From contig NC_134031.1 of the NCBI RefSeq assembly GCF_964204645.1, positions 6,324,001 through 6,388,000 on the forward strand: 64,000 nt of DNA, in the 5' to 3' direction. This DNA comes from Tubulanus polymorphus. Lineage: Eukaryota; Animalia; Nemertea. Positions 26,001 to 38,700 of the stretch are shown here, one piece after another. The position numbers and the translations under genes were made by a program. Below the pieces are notes generated by a model. The model was not told the DNA's origin. It searched no databases and saw nothing but the letters and a program-made list of their open reading frames with translations. Within the stretch, counting starts at the first letter, position 1. Each line of letters starts with the position of its first letter.

Positions 26001-29000
26001 AATGTACATATTTTGAGCAAAGTTTCGGTTATAGACTATTAGTCGTCATCAGACGTACGATAGCTAATAGTCTTTGGCCGAAATGTTGCTCAAAAGGCTT
26101 CAACCTTTTATTCAAGGACTTTACATGTTTGGCCAATTATTGTCGGATTTCTCTCTATATTCACTTTACGGATATTATGAATCATCTTGACTTAAATGCT
26201 CTTCGTGAAGTGAAAATTATTCAAATGGATATTTTGCGTTCACCGGTATATGATATGATACACATATTGTGTGTGACGGGTGTTTTTGGTGGGGTAGACG
26301 ACGATAACATATTCGATCACGTCTAAAAAGAATGTTAAAAAAACCACATTCAGTGACATTATCTAAAATCTATTACATCCCGTCATGGACACAAATCATA
26401 ATCAAAGTTAACAAATAATCAAAGCTACGTGATTATATTCCTGATAGTGCAATTTTTTGTACATTTTACGCGTGCAGATGACAGCTGCCACAGATTTTGG
26501 AACAAGTATAGTTAGCAACGCAGCACAAGCAACCACATTGGCAACAGGCGCCCCTTCCATGCCTACCGGGATCAAGATGATCAGCCGAACCGCGACCGCT
26601 ATAACGATAGGTTGGAGTGAACCGATTAGCCCAAACGGTGTCATACAAAGCTACCAGGTATATGAATTATCATGAAACCATTCGTTCAAATGAAATGTTT
26701 TCTTATCATGTGTACAGAATGACGCCCACCACGAGATATGCACTTAGTCAGTAGAAGTCTATATCGTTCCTTACTGCATTTTTGAATATCGATCCCGGCA
26801 AAGAATTCGCAAGTTATTTTGTAAGATGCTGTATGGGAAATAGTATAGAACCTTGTGTTCTTCTGTCAATTTAGTTTTGATACTATGCATTACAATCCAT
26901 TGATACTATGCACGGATTACATGTATTTCGATAAGTTTTCAGTTAGCTTTAGCGGGGTGGATCTGGATTTTCAAAGTGGGGATGTCCTTCTGGTGATCCC
27001 CGAGAAAATCCTTAAAATTATTCTAATTTCATGCATTTTGATCGAGCTTTTTTAGGCACTGCTTGATCATTTTGTATGACAGTACACTTTGAAATGTAGT
27101 GTTGATAAACTAAAAATAGAAATCACGAAGGAAATTTTCCAAAGAAGGGATGCTCTAGCGCCTAAAGCACCCCCTCAATCGAAGCCTGTGATATTGCGGT
27201 TGTATGACAGAATGTTTTACGGTACCTATTTTACACTAGGATAAAACTCAACGATGACTTCAACATGTCTCTTGTGAGTTTTAAGAGTGTAAAGATGTTT
27301 CTGAAAATTCCATTTATTCATTCATTTCTAGGTTAATGTAACTTACGTTCAAACGAAATCAACAACTGGGCAGGCATCGTCGACGATAAGCATAGATTTA
27401 CCCGCCGATGCCAGAAGGAGAATTGTGGACGGATTACACCAAGCTACCTTGTATAAGTTCGCCGTCACGGCCAGAACGACCTCATTCGGGCAATCGGCGT
27501 TAGTGGAACTCTGGACCGAAGTCGGTAGCCCGCCGGTACCCGACACACCCGAACAGATCGGCGTTACCGCGACGAATATTACGCTGCGTATCAAACCGGT
27601 GCTAGCCACAAACGGGCCGATAACGTCTTACCGAATAATGGTCGAGGAAGTGGCGAGCAGACGGCGTCGAGCCACGCCCCGGGTCGCCGCCGAACTGTTA
27701 CCCGATTTCTTCGCCGGCAACCCTTCCCGAACTTTCGTGGTAGGGGACGACTCGACTTATAACGGCTACCAGAACGCGGCGCTTAAACCGGCGACTAAAT
27801 ACAAAATAGGGTATTCGGCTGTCAGTTCGAACGACGGCTCGACGAAAGAAACGACAGTGTGGATGGCTCCGGTGACTAGCGAATCGATCACCGCGACAAA
27901 CAACGATTGGATATGGATCGTCATCGTGGTCATCGTCATACTCATCATCATTATCATCATAATCGTCATCGTCGTATTGTGCCTGCGAAAGAAGAGAAAG
28001 TCGCACGATTTCAACAAGACCTGGTTGAATAACTACAGCATGAATCAGGATAAGTTCGACACGATGTCGCTGAACATTCGGCCGTACGGCAAATGGAGCG
28101 ACGTCACGAACCTAGGCGAACCGAGGCACGTCGTCCACATGAAAGATCCGATTAAAAATCCGGATCCCAACATAATTCCGCTCGAGAGCGAGTATCACAA
28201 ACTGCCCACAGATCCGAAGGGAACGTTGCACGTGGCGTCGAGACCGGAGAACAGGATTAAAAATCGCTTTCAGGAATTTCTTCCGTACGACCACAGTCGC
28301 GTGAAGGTGGTCGACCCTCATCATCGATCCGACTATTTCAACGCCAACTACGTCGACGGTTACCGAAGACAACAGGCTTACATCGCGGCGCAGAGCCCTT
28401 TCAACGGCGATACGATCAACGACTTCTGGAAACTCGTCTACCAAGATAACGTGGCGAAAATCGTGCTCATGTGCGAGCCGATGGAGTACAACGTTTTCAA
28501 GTGCGAGAAATACTGGCCGGACGAGGGCACGCACACGTACGGCGCTTGCGTCGTGCACGTCGTTAACAGCCAACAGTTCGCGCATTACATCGTCAAGACG
28601 TTCGAAGTGTTTCCGCAAGGGCAGACGAAGAAAACCGTCCACCATTACCAGTTCACCGGCTGGCCGCCCAGATCGATACCGTCCGATCCGATTCCGTTTT
28701 TAGAATTCGTCCAGAAAGTCCGTTCTCACGCCAGTGAAGATATCGGCATCGAGCCGATCCTGGTGCACGGCGGGACAGGGGTCAGCCGATCGGCCGTGTT
28801 CATCGCGGTCGACGCAATGCTCGACAAGGCCGCCAACGAAAACGGCGAGATAAACTTGTTCAGATTTTGTTGCAAAATGCGCGAGCAGCGTTTCGGGATG
28901 GTGCGCACTTTGAAGCATTATTTGTTCATTTACGACGCGCTTTTCGAAGCGCTGATTACCTCGCCGACTTTCATAGACATCGACATGCGAGCCGCCTATA

Positions 29001-30513
29001 AAACGCTGGTCAGACGAAATCACGAGAACGGACATTCGTATTTACAAGAACAATACAAAGTGCTGTGCTATTACACTCCGGAATTAAGCGAAGAACAGTG
29101 CAAAGTGGCCGTGCGGGCTCAAAATAGGAGCAAAAACCGCTACGACGCGATAATTCCGCCCGATGCATACCGACCGGTGTTGAAAACGCCGGGCGGGGTC
29201 AATCGCACCGATTACATCAACGCGTTGGTAATCGATAGCTTCCTTGTACCGATGGGATTTATCATAACGCAGACACCTCTAGCCGCAACCGTCATCGACT
29301 TCTGGAAGTTGGTGTACGATTATAACGTAAGAACGATAGTGACCATGCACGATCACACCTTCAAAGACGATACGGTCGTCGACTACTGGCCCAGCGCCGT
29401 CGACACCGCCGAGCGACAAGGACCGTTTTTCGTCAGCGTGAAAACGATCGTCAAAGAAAAAGAGTTCGTCTTCTCGCGGCGGATGAATCTCACGAATTCT
29501 CTGAAACCGAACGCGAAAGCGCGCGAAATTAAGCAATTCCAGTTTTCCGGTGAGTGGCACATGTACGACAAGGTGCCCAGGGACAGGGAGGCGATGGTAC
29601 AACTGCTAGAGACTGTCATTCAGCACAGAACGCATCACTCGATCGGGCCCGTTTTGGTGCATTGCGTCGATGGCGCCGGGCGAAGCGGTATGTTCTGTTC
29701 GCTGATGAATCTGATCGAAAAGATGAGAAATGACGAATACGCTGATGTATTCCATACGATAAAACACATCAAGAGACGAAGGCCTCAAGTGGTCAATGAC
29801 TACGTAAGTATCAAGGGCATATATCATCCGGTGTATAGGTATTGAACTTACCTGAAACAATACGTGGCTGTGATCTACGTTCCACTGCTGCAAACTTCGG
29901 TTATCGGACGTTAGTCGACTATTTGCAAACTAAGTGAAACCGAACGTTGGTTTTGGTCGGAAGGATAGTCAGGAAATAGCGAACTACGAGCACGCTGATA
30001 CCAGACCTAGCATGCCTAGATAATTCGAATTGCCTATAATAAAACAGTGTAACAGTATATAGTAAATGAACAGCAATATTCACGTTATACGTATTATCTT
30101 TGCAGGAAATGTACAAGTTTGTTTTCAAGACTTTGTGGGACTACATCAATCTCCACATGCGAGACGCCCTTATCAGTAACAGTGGCTACGTGGCAAGCAA
30201 CAGTAATTACCGACTGTCCTCGACGAATTCGGTCGATTACACGCTGTCGAACGGTCGCTATCCCAGTCGCCTGTCGAATTCCATCATCGGCTATGACGAA
30301 CCGGACAGGTTCGGCAGCAAAAACCGGCTGTCGACTTTGGGAACTACGGCCAATTCGGCGAACTTCGATTCGTCGTCGTCGCACGGGGGCGGTAGATACG
30401 GCAGCAAGAGTCGCCTAGTTCCGCCGTCGAATACTTCGCGATTGAGCGATCGCTTTTCGTCGTCGAATTCGTTGAACATTCACTCACCAGCTAAAGCTAA
30501 TTATTACGCCTAA
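17037..30513 (+). CDS. Receptor-type protein tyrosine phosphatase (EGF-like repeats, multiple FN3, TM, tandem PTP D1/D2)
   Basis: Signal-peptide exon 17037-17109 (MKYSLFFLTISFVGLELLPL); EGF-like exons from 17456 (TCPPGIFGPRCELQCHC) and 18386; many FN3 exons between about 18922 and 26657 (WDRP, WDDPP, WTAPKNPNG, WSEPISPNG). Exon 27332-29803 carries RRRR, the TM helix, D1 (KNRF..LPYDHSRV, YIAAQ) and D2 (KNRY, HCVDGAGRSG). Last exon 30106-30513. Not every internal exon boundary was verified. Confidence 0.9.
18652..18826. repeat. Interspersed repeat with an inverted copy at about 46915-47085
   Basis: cagacccggcagctatagaagtgaagtgattacaaattttattg matches the reverse complement of caataaaatttgtaatcagttcacttctatagctgccaggtctg. 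Confidence 0.75.
19430..20155 (+). mobile_element. Non-autonomous Helentron/DINE-1-like element (HINE)
   Basis: 5' TTTTTAGCCCAC, a (CGTC)n microsatellite, three internal tandem units of about 158 bp (19656, 19815, 19972), and a 3' subterminal CCAAGTGGGC followed by ...CCCTAGTT. Confidence 0.75.
20575..20679. mobile_element. Short palindromic Harbinger-like MITE family B
   Basis: ccag(c/t)tccacagt.gtgagttagagttaactc core; further copies at about 23516-23605 and 35843-35952. Confidence 0.6.
25943..26196. mobile_element. Palindromic MITE family A (copy 3)
   Basis: Same arms and central gactatt/aatagtc palindrome as the 14644 copy. Confidence 0.65.
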
Positions 30514-30939
30514 ACTAGATGGAAGTGAACTTTTTTAATCACGTTATTCATATATTTCCATCATATATAATATAAGTATGATTTTTCTAAATTCCTGACT
30601 CTGGGGAAGTATTAATCCAGAGTAAATGTTCGACTAAAATTCGATTTTGCGTGATATTTATATTTCCAAATGGCTCTTGATAAATTCTATACGTATTTAC
30701 CCCGGCTTATAGCGCTCAAAACCTATGCCGTTTTGATACAAATTTATATACTCGATAGGGTAGTTAATTTGGAGAGCTATTTAATAATTATCAAGTAAGA
30801 TGAGGTGATTTTTGTAGGCATCCGACTGTATATTGTATATTATATTTAACGATTTCGATTCTTGAAATGACATTTTAGAAAATTTGCATATGTATGTACT
30901 GTGCTTAGATATAATATGTCTTCCAATGGATGGTGGGTG

Positions 30940-31050
30940 GTTTTAGCCCCAAAGGGCTGTTGCACTCGCTTTCGTCTGCCCGTCCGTAGAGACAGAAACA
31001 CATTTTTTAGGAAGTTTTCAACGTTCTCTGACGGATTGCATTGACATTTG
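30940..31050 (+). mobile_element. 5' fragment of the Helentron/HINE family
   Basis: ttttagcccc...cgtccgtaga...ggaagtttt resembles the 5' end of the 19430 element. Confidence 0.5.
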
Positions 31051-31756
31051 GTTTCTTACCATTTGTGTATTGATATGAAATATATTTTTATAAGAAAAGT
31101 TTAATTCGTTTAAGATTTAAAATGAAAAATCTAGTTATATAGTAACTTGATATTTGTATCGTAAAAAGAATTCGTAAAAAGCGGTGAAAACGACTATAAA
31201 CAATTCCTTAGCACTTGGTGAAAATGAAGAAGACCAACCTGTGCCTAAAGGTCACTCGCAAGTTTGAAAAGCGAGGTTTGGTATCGGAACTTTATTTCAT
31301 CGTCTTTTACGTAAAAAGTATTGCATCTCTGTCTCACAGCCAGTTGGTATGAATTGTGGCCATAAACCTGGGCAGACGTTTGACCTGTTGTGATTCCGGG
31401 GCACACAAATCTTAACATTTATGATATCAAAAGTTAATAGATTTATTTTTTGTAACATGTAAAATCCATATTATTGTGTACTTATTTATTGAATTTGAAA
31501 ATTTTAATGGCATTTCGTCGTCAGGGGAATGTTGTATTAAGAACTCCAAACGTTGCTAGTAGTTTCTGAAAGCATAGCCAGGATAATAAACTACTTATCG
31601 CATCGGGATTCCTGCATACCATTTTAGTCTCTTTGTAGCGTTAGAAATAAAGTTACATTCTAAATTTTCAATATTTACCCTTCCGACTTCGTGTAGACTT
31701 CATACTTCTTTTTTGCCGTTTGAATAAGGTCTCGAGCTTTATTTGATCATTTTCAG

Positions 31757-31908
31757 GGGCCGGTTTCACAAAGCGTATAATTAACCCTTAATTATGATTA
31801 AATCACTAATCACGATTAAATCATCATGATTAAATCAAGTTAGGTGTTTCACAAGACGTAATTAACTTTAATCATAATTAAGTTAATTATGCTTTGTGAA
31901 ACCGGCCC
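31757..31908. mobile_element. PIF/Harbinger-type MITE
   Basis: TIR gggccggtttcacaaagc / gctttgtgaaaccggccc, flanked by CAG and CTG (CWG-type target). Confidence 0.75.
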
Positions 31909-32120
31909 CTGGCAATCAACGAGCAGCGTAATGCTATGATCGTCAATGAACTCAGGAAAGTTATCTCGGCGGATGCAGGTGGTACAGAATACGACAGGCA
32001 ACCAGTTTAAAGCGCATCTTCGCCTGTGCTTGGAGTAATCATTTGACAAATGATTACTCCAAGGCCTGTGTCACATCCTCTCTTGCCTCCAGTCGAGGCT
32101 CTACCACAAACAGTCCATAA

Positions 32121-32478
32121 AGCCTAGCGCACATCGTCACTACGATTGGAGACAACTAGTTGCTACCGAACGATTACCCCACGCACATCGAAATCTAGTT
32201 ACAACCGGTCAGTTGCAGCAACTGCATGGCGCGTGTCGATCGTCGAGATCCAGAGCGCGCACATCGACGGATATGACTGCGATTGAGTACAACCAGTTGC
32301 TCAAAAGCAAAACATGGGCAACTGGCTGGAACTGGAGATAGATCGACGCTTACCAATCGTAAGCTCGCTCACATCGACACATTCAAGCAACTGATCGTAT
32401 CCAGCCAGTTCCTCTCATGCGCCGAAAACTGCCTTGCAACTAGTTGTCTCCAATCGCAGTGTCGATGTGCGCTAGGCT
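32121..32478. mobile_element. PIF/Harbinger (Tourist-like) MITE with TAA target-site duplication
   Basis: About 40-bp TIR agcctagcgcacatcg.cact.cgattggagacaactagttgc; TAA on both sides (32118-32120 and 32479-32481). Confidence 0.85.
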
Positions 32479-32791
32479 TAACATGGTTTGTAGAGAAATC
32501 AAGTGTAATCTAATATCTTATCTTAATCTAACAGCACCTCGCCATTTTGATGTGGCATGCGAGAGGAAACCAGATATTTGTCTAGGTCAGTACTAGTTCG
32601 TTTTAGATAAATAATCTCTATATTCTAGGTGAAAGTTTTAATCGAGGGGGATTTGCTTTTTAAAAACTTTTTTTCAAACCATTTTTAATAGAACTCTTTT
32701 CTCAGCGAATGTATATAGCACCCAGTGAAGCGGCAGAGTCGCATGCCATGGCGTATTGAATTTTATACGAAGATTTTCAGACCTATTAATC

Positions 32792-32976
32792 TACGGAAGC
32801 GTCCTGGGGACATCTATTTGAAAAACATTTTCGAGGTTAATTCCGAGTTTGTAACTCGGAATAAACTTAACTCCAAAATCAAATTTAACTGAGAAAACAA
32901 TCTATTCCGAGTCATAAACTCGGAATTAACCTCGAAGAATCTTTTTTAATAGATATGTCCCCAGGACGCATCCGTA
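32792..32976. mobile_element. Palindromic MITE
   Basis: tacggaagcgtcctggggacatctatt...tcgaggttaattccgag and its inverse; a partial copy lies near 13072-13135. Confidence 0.7.
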
Positions 32977-33092
32977 TGAATCTATATTCCACTGATGCAT
33001 TTCGAGAATAATTATTTGAAATTACATAACCAGTTTAACAGTTGCCCGATCAGATCTCGCGGGACTAATACATTTCACTTGTCATTATTCAT

Positions 33093-34297
33093 CAGGGCTG
33101 CCAACCTTTCAAAATTCCATTTAGGGATGAATGGCAGATTAATTAGGAATATTGAAGGTTTCAATAGGAATATATCGAAACCGAAGAAATTGTGACTTTT
33201 CCAAGTAGGAATATTTTGCTTTCAATTAGGAATACCTTTCACGTGTAATATATGAAAGCTGGATATGAAAATATGGAATTATTAGCAAAATAAAAAATCA
33301 GCAAATTCTACAGAATGTATTTTTTCTTTATTATTTTATGAAAGATAAAAATCAACAGTGTTTATCAAAAATATACAATAGACTAAAAAATAAGAACATA
33401 AAACTGGCATAAATTGTCAAACGAATTACATAACACTATACAGCTGTCATGCGAATATATCCATTTCCAGTATCAATTCCACGATACTGTCCAAGAGAGA
33501 CTCCACGTACAGAACTGAAAGATACAAACAGTAAAAAGTCTCTAAATCTACATGCTACTCGATGGTGCTGCCATCTGCCAAATATGCGAACTAAAAGTTT
33601 ACTTTGAGATGCACTGCTCAAAAGCATCTTAAATTATCTTTTTAAATCAAACTAACACAAGAGTGACAACATTAAGGTTCAAACTAGCAAAGCAATTGCT
33701 TACCGAAACATTTCAAAGAGTCCACACGTTGAAATCTAACCCGGATCTTCGAATGCTAATCGCGCTGCGAAAACGAGCTAATTACCGCAGTAAACCGATT
33801 CTTCTCCGAAACGATGCGGAGCAATTTGACAATAACAATCACATTTTGCCACATGTCATAATATTTTCACAAAAATGATTGAAAACAACGTATTTTAAAA
33901 CGAATGAACTTTATTTTTATTCTTGAAACAAATTAAAAAGCTGCTCTCCTACTACGAAATAATCGTACGCCATGCGTAGATAAAATCAATAACACAGCTA
34001 CTCTCATACACACACACGCACGCACGCGCGCGCTAGTAAGCGCTGTTTATCGCCTGACCCACGTACACAGTATATAGCCACGCACTCATCCACCGCGGGC
34101 GTGCATATAAATTCCCCACCTATTCAATTCTGTTCTACCAAATCATCATATTGTGTTACAACGCGCTGGCGGGTGGAAAATCGGACATCGCCGAAAAAGA
34201 AAAAAAAGTCGGAATTTTGTATACCCGATCGTATCGTCGGAATTTCTTCACGCAAATCGGGAGGATTCCGAATAATTCGGGAGGGTTGGCAGCCCTG
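33093..34297. mobile_element. 1.2-kb non-autonomous DNA transposon with hAT-like TIR
   Basis: TIR CAGGGCTGCCAACC / GGTTGGCAGCCCTG; ATTCAT directly repeated on both flanks; no transposase ORF. Confidence 0.8.
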
Positions 34298-34920
34298 ATT
34301 CATGAACGTCCTTTCTAACTTGTCTTTTGAAGTAGTTATTCCGGAACTTAGTGCTACGAGCAATCGTCTCAACTTGAGATGATTGCCCGTCGGTTAATAT
34401 TTATGCTAATGCACTGATCGACTCGTATCAGCGAATCCTGTGACAAAATCTTTTCAGATAAACTAAAAAAGTAGGGCTTTTCGGCACTTTTTTCAGATAT
34501 TTTTGTGAAAGCACAAAGTTTTTCAAACCAAAAAGTAGCACTAAGAAACTCTAGTAGAAGCACTAAGTACGCATCAAAATTAGAATACCCCCTTCACATA
34601 GATCAAAATAAAACCACAAAAATGATATTTGCTACTATCGTAAAGTTGTACATGTACCGTTAATCGTTTTATTAAATAAATCTCTCATGAGTCAAATAAA
34701 TGGACAATATCAATATGAGGAACTAAGATATTAAGAAGTATAGTAAGCCGTAAACCAGTGAAGTAACAGAAAAGGACAGCAGAAAAATTACCAGTATTTG
34801 TAATTAAGTAAATAATTTTTAAGAAAATTATGTTGTAACGCCAGTAAATGAGAAACAATAGAGAATTAGAGATTGTCGGGCACAGCAGAAAATATTATCA
34901 ACTGTCATTCAACATACTTT

Positions 34921-35100
34921 TACAGTAGAACTCGCATAATTCAGATTTTTCAATCCGGATTTCCATTTCATTCGGATGAAATAATTGGTGCATTTAACCC
35001 GGAACCGTGTAAAATATTATTCATAATTCGGATTTTACTTAATTCGGATTAATCTTGGCACAGCTCCTATTCATAACCGAATTAAGTGAGTTCTACTGTA
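34921..35100. mobile_element. Tc1/mariner/pogo-type MITE
   Basis: TA|CAGTAGAACTC ... GAGTTCTACTG|TA. Confidence 0.7.
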
Positions 35101-35719
35101 CTAAGTTAGAGGTTATAAATATTTACAATTATTCATATATTCAAAAGAGCTGCATACGTGAAATACTCAGTCATACTGATCGAGTGCTTATAATTCGGTA
35201 TTGCCTATCAATGCACGAACTGGGAGAGATATCCTTGAGCTAGCGAGTTATGTTGATTAATTCATTTGATAAGTGAAAAGATAATCCCGTATTATTTATC
35301 AGTTCTGGAATCATTTACTGGTATACATAATTAAACAATTCAGGAATAATCTATTCATAAATCATTTGCTGGTATACGTAATTAAACGATTCAGAAATAC
35401 TCGGTAATCTATTCCAGTCTGTGCCTCCAGATTGTGACCAGTAAATGATTCCAAAATTGCTTGCTAGTGAAGACGTGGCAAATGATTAGTATGGCACGGC
35501 AATGATTTGATAACCAGCTACTAAAGGATCATGTCATTGCGCAATGCGTTGATAGCTCTCGCCATCTATTATTGCTCTTGTCATGGAATAAGCATTCCTT
35601 ACGTATCATTTTTTCAGTTAGGTTTTCGCGATTCGAATACAGTGTTTCATGAATGTTTAAGACTCTGATTCATCAATTAAATTTACACTCTCAATCGGAA
35701 TACAATGTTTTATGTACAT

Positions 35720-38700
35720 CTAGGACTTTGCCTGCGTCAACAGCTCGCGCGAAATGATCAATCTCTGAATTTGTGCAGTTCCTTCGTAGATCTGAAATTA
35801 CAAAGGATGACAATCAATTATCAAGATATGTTCACTAAAATCCTTCCACAGTTCCACAGTTGTGAGTTAGAGTTAACTCTGAGTTAAAGTTAGTTCATTT
35901 TCAATGAGTTAACTCAGGGGTAAATCTTAACTCACAACTGTGGAACTGGACCCTTATGTACATGTATCATCAGGACAGGACAATAGCCCCTAGAAAATGT
36001 TCATTGTAGTCCTATAAGCACATCTACACTAGCTCTAGAGAAAATGCAGAGTTTTACGGGATGGCAGGTTCAATGTGGAGAGTAACCTTCTTTTTCAAGA
36101 AGCCTATCTAAGACCAGGGAACGAGAAGCAAGTGTAGACGTAGCTTTAAAGTATGAATGGACGCAAGTGAAATTCAATTTCTTTCGGTTCCACAGTTCAG
36201 AGTCAGTGAAGATTTCAATAGGGTTAAACAGTTGGAAATGAACTTGTCTGAACTCGATATAGACAAACCTCGTTAAGATTACAGAACTATGGACTGTGGT
36301 CCAGACCGCAATTCAAGATATACGAGTCAGAATTGACTTTGAGGTAAAATAAGTTCACTCGACATTAATATCTAACTTGGAAGTCAAACTTGAATGAAGA
36401 TTGGCAGAACTGGGTGGTAGTAAGAGTTATCAAATTCAAGTGAAACATGCAAGTTTTGCAAAGTATTTCCGGTGCCTGAAATTAACCTCTCAATCGATCA
36501 AATAATCACCTGATAAATTTTGGCATCTCGCATGAGTTTTTCCACTGGATATTCAGTATTAAATCCATTTCCACCAAACACCTTGAAAATGTAGAGAAAT
36601 CTTTAAATAATCAACAATTTTCATTAAAAACAAACTTATTTTTACTTTCCGTTGAAGCTCACCTTCACTTCTGCTGTCAATGATGAACTTTCGTTATAAT
36701 GTACATTTAATTACAATTTTTGCCTTTAAAGGACAACATCACCTCTATAATAATTATGTGATGTTAAAAAGACATACCTGTACAGCATCAGTGGCGCACT
36801 TGTTGGCAACATCACCCGCAAGAGCCTTGGCAATGGACGCGTAGTAGGTATTACGCCTTCCTTGGTCGATTTCCCATGCAGATTTCTGCCAAGCCAATCG
36901 AGAAGTTTCGACTCCAATAGCCATGTCAGCCAACAGGAATGCAATCGCTTGATGCTTAAAAATAGTAAAGAAGAAATTAATTGACTTTTCCATAACTGAA
37001 CATTTTAGCCTGAGGAAGTTTGTTTCAATTGGCTTCATTTCAGATAGTATGTTAGATACCAACATATTTCAATATAAAGGGTACCCTAGAAACTAAGCAA
37101 ATTGGGAAAAATAAACAAATTTGACTATTTTGAAAAAAACCGTTCGAATCTGTGGGAGGAGCTACAAGGAGGACGGTAATAGGCAGACAAATAAAATATT
37201 TCCGAATAAACGATTTCCACCGACGGAAAGAAATCACTGCTCCAGCTACTTTTACCTGGGCAATAAGATGACCCATAGTTTTTCGCTCTAATGCATATTT
37301 TGTAGCTTCATCGAGTGCGCGTTGAGCCAAGCCCGCAGCACCAGCAGCGACCTTAAAAACAAACATTCGAGTTTATACATTAGTTTTATGCAAGCAACAA
37401 CATCCTACAGGTACAAACTTTTTTTATCAAAGATCTCGTAAGAACACAAAATTCCTACCCCTCTCATCACCCGCAATAATGCCACAAGGTAAATTTTTCA
37501 ATAATATCAAAAAGGTCAGCGATAAGATTTTGATGTTAATACTCTTACATTTCAATTGGTGAGAATTGGTTATCTAACCATCGTTTCTTAAATCGTTTCA
37601 AATAAAACATGTATTGAATGATTTCAGGTTTCAGGATTTTTTTGAAATCCCTGACAGTCCTGCTTTATACTGTAAATCTTCCTAGTTAGTTTTAACAAAA
37701 TTTTGTAAGTTGCAAGACTGTCGAAATAAAGAAATGAAACCTAGTCCAGTAATTATGCCGAAAAAAGAAACGCGCTCTGAGGAACGAATGCTTTTGTTTC
37801 CATACTTACCGGTGGTCGAGTTTTGTCAAAAGCTCCCATAGCAATTTTAAAGCCCATTCCTTCCGCTCCCAAAACATTCTGTAAGAAAAGGAACCATTTC
37901 AAATATTTTGCATAAAAAAAATCTTAAATTGTTGCTTATTTTTCAAGTACGACGTCATACCTCAGCAGGAACTCTGACATCTTCGAACGTAATTCCTCTG
38001 GTATCAGATGCGCGCTGACCCATGTTCCATTCCTAAAAGCCGCAAGCGGCGTCATAAAATTGATCAATTCATCATTTAGGGATGAACATGTTATGCCAGT
38101 TATGATGAATTCATGTATATCAAATACACTTATGGGTACGAAGCACGAGAAATGCCCCAGTGAAGCTAAATTTCCTTCAAACCATGTCTACTACAGATAG
38201 CTGCGCCATGCAACCACTCGCTCCTAATCTCATTCGTACCACCCTACTGGCAAAACCACTCACCAACAACCAATTATGAAATATTTTCTTTCCCGTACCC
38301 ACCACTACAGGGTAAGGCGGAGTTTACTGTTTTACCAAGGAACTAGGGCAGAAGTAATGACAGTGTAATACAGTGACATACCTTGCGACCACGGGTAATA
38401 CCAGGAGTGTCTCCTTCTACTACAAACCCTGTGAACGCTTTACCAGCCGGACATTTTGGATCGGGGTTCGTTCTGGCGAGGACGAAAAACCAATTCGCGT
38501 GTCCGCCATTCGTAATCCACATCTTCTGTCCGTTGATGACGTATTCGTCGCCTTTCTTTTCCGCTTTCGTTTTTATTGCGGCGACATCAGAACCGGCCCC
38601 CGGTTCGGTAACGGCATACGACTAGAAACATTTATGATTACTATCAGCGATTTTAGATACAGTAAACAGGGTCCCTGCACGTCAGTCATTCCTGGGTATA

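Noticed and set aside
27698-29893. Several antisense ORFs over the PTP exon
   Set aside because: Shadows of GC-rich codon usage on the coding strand.
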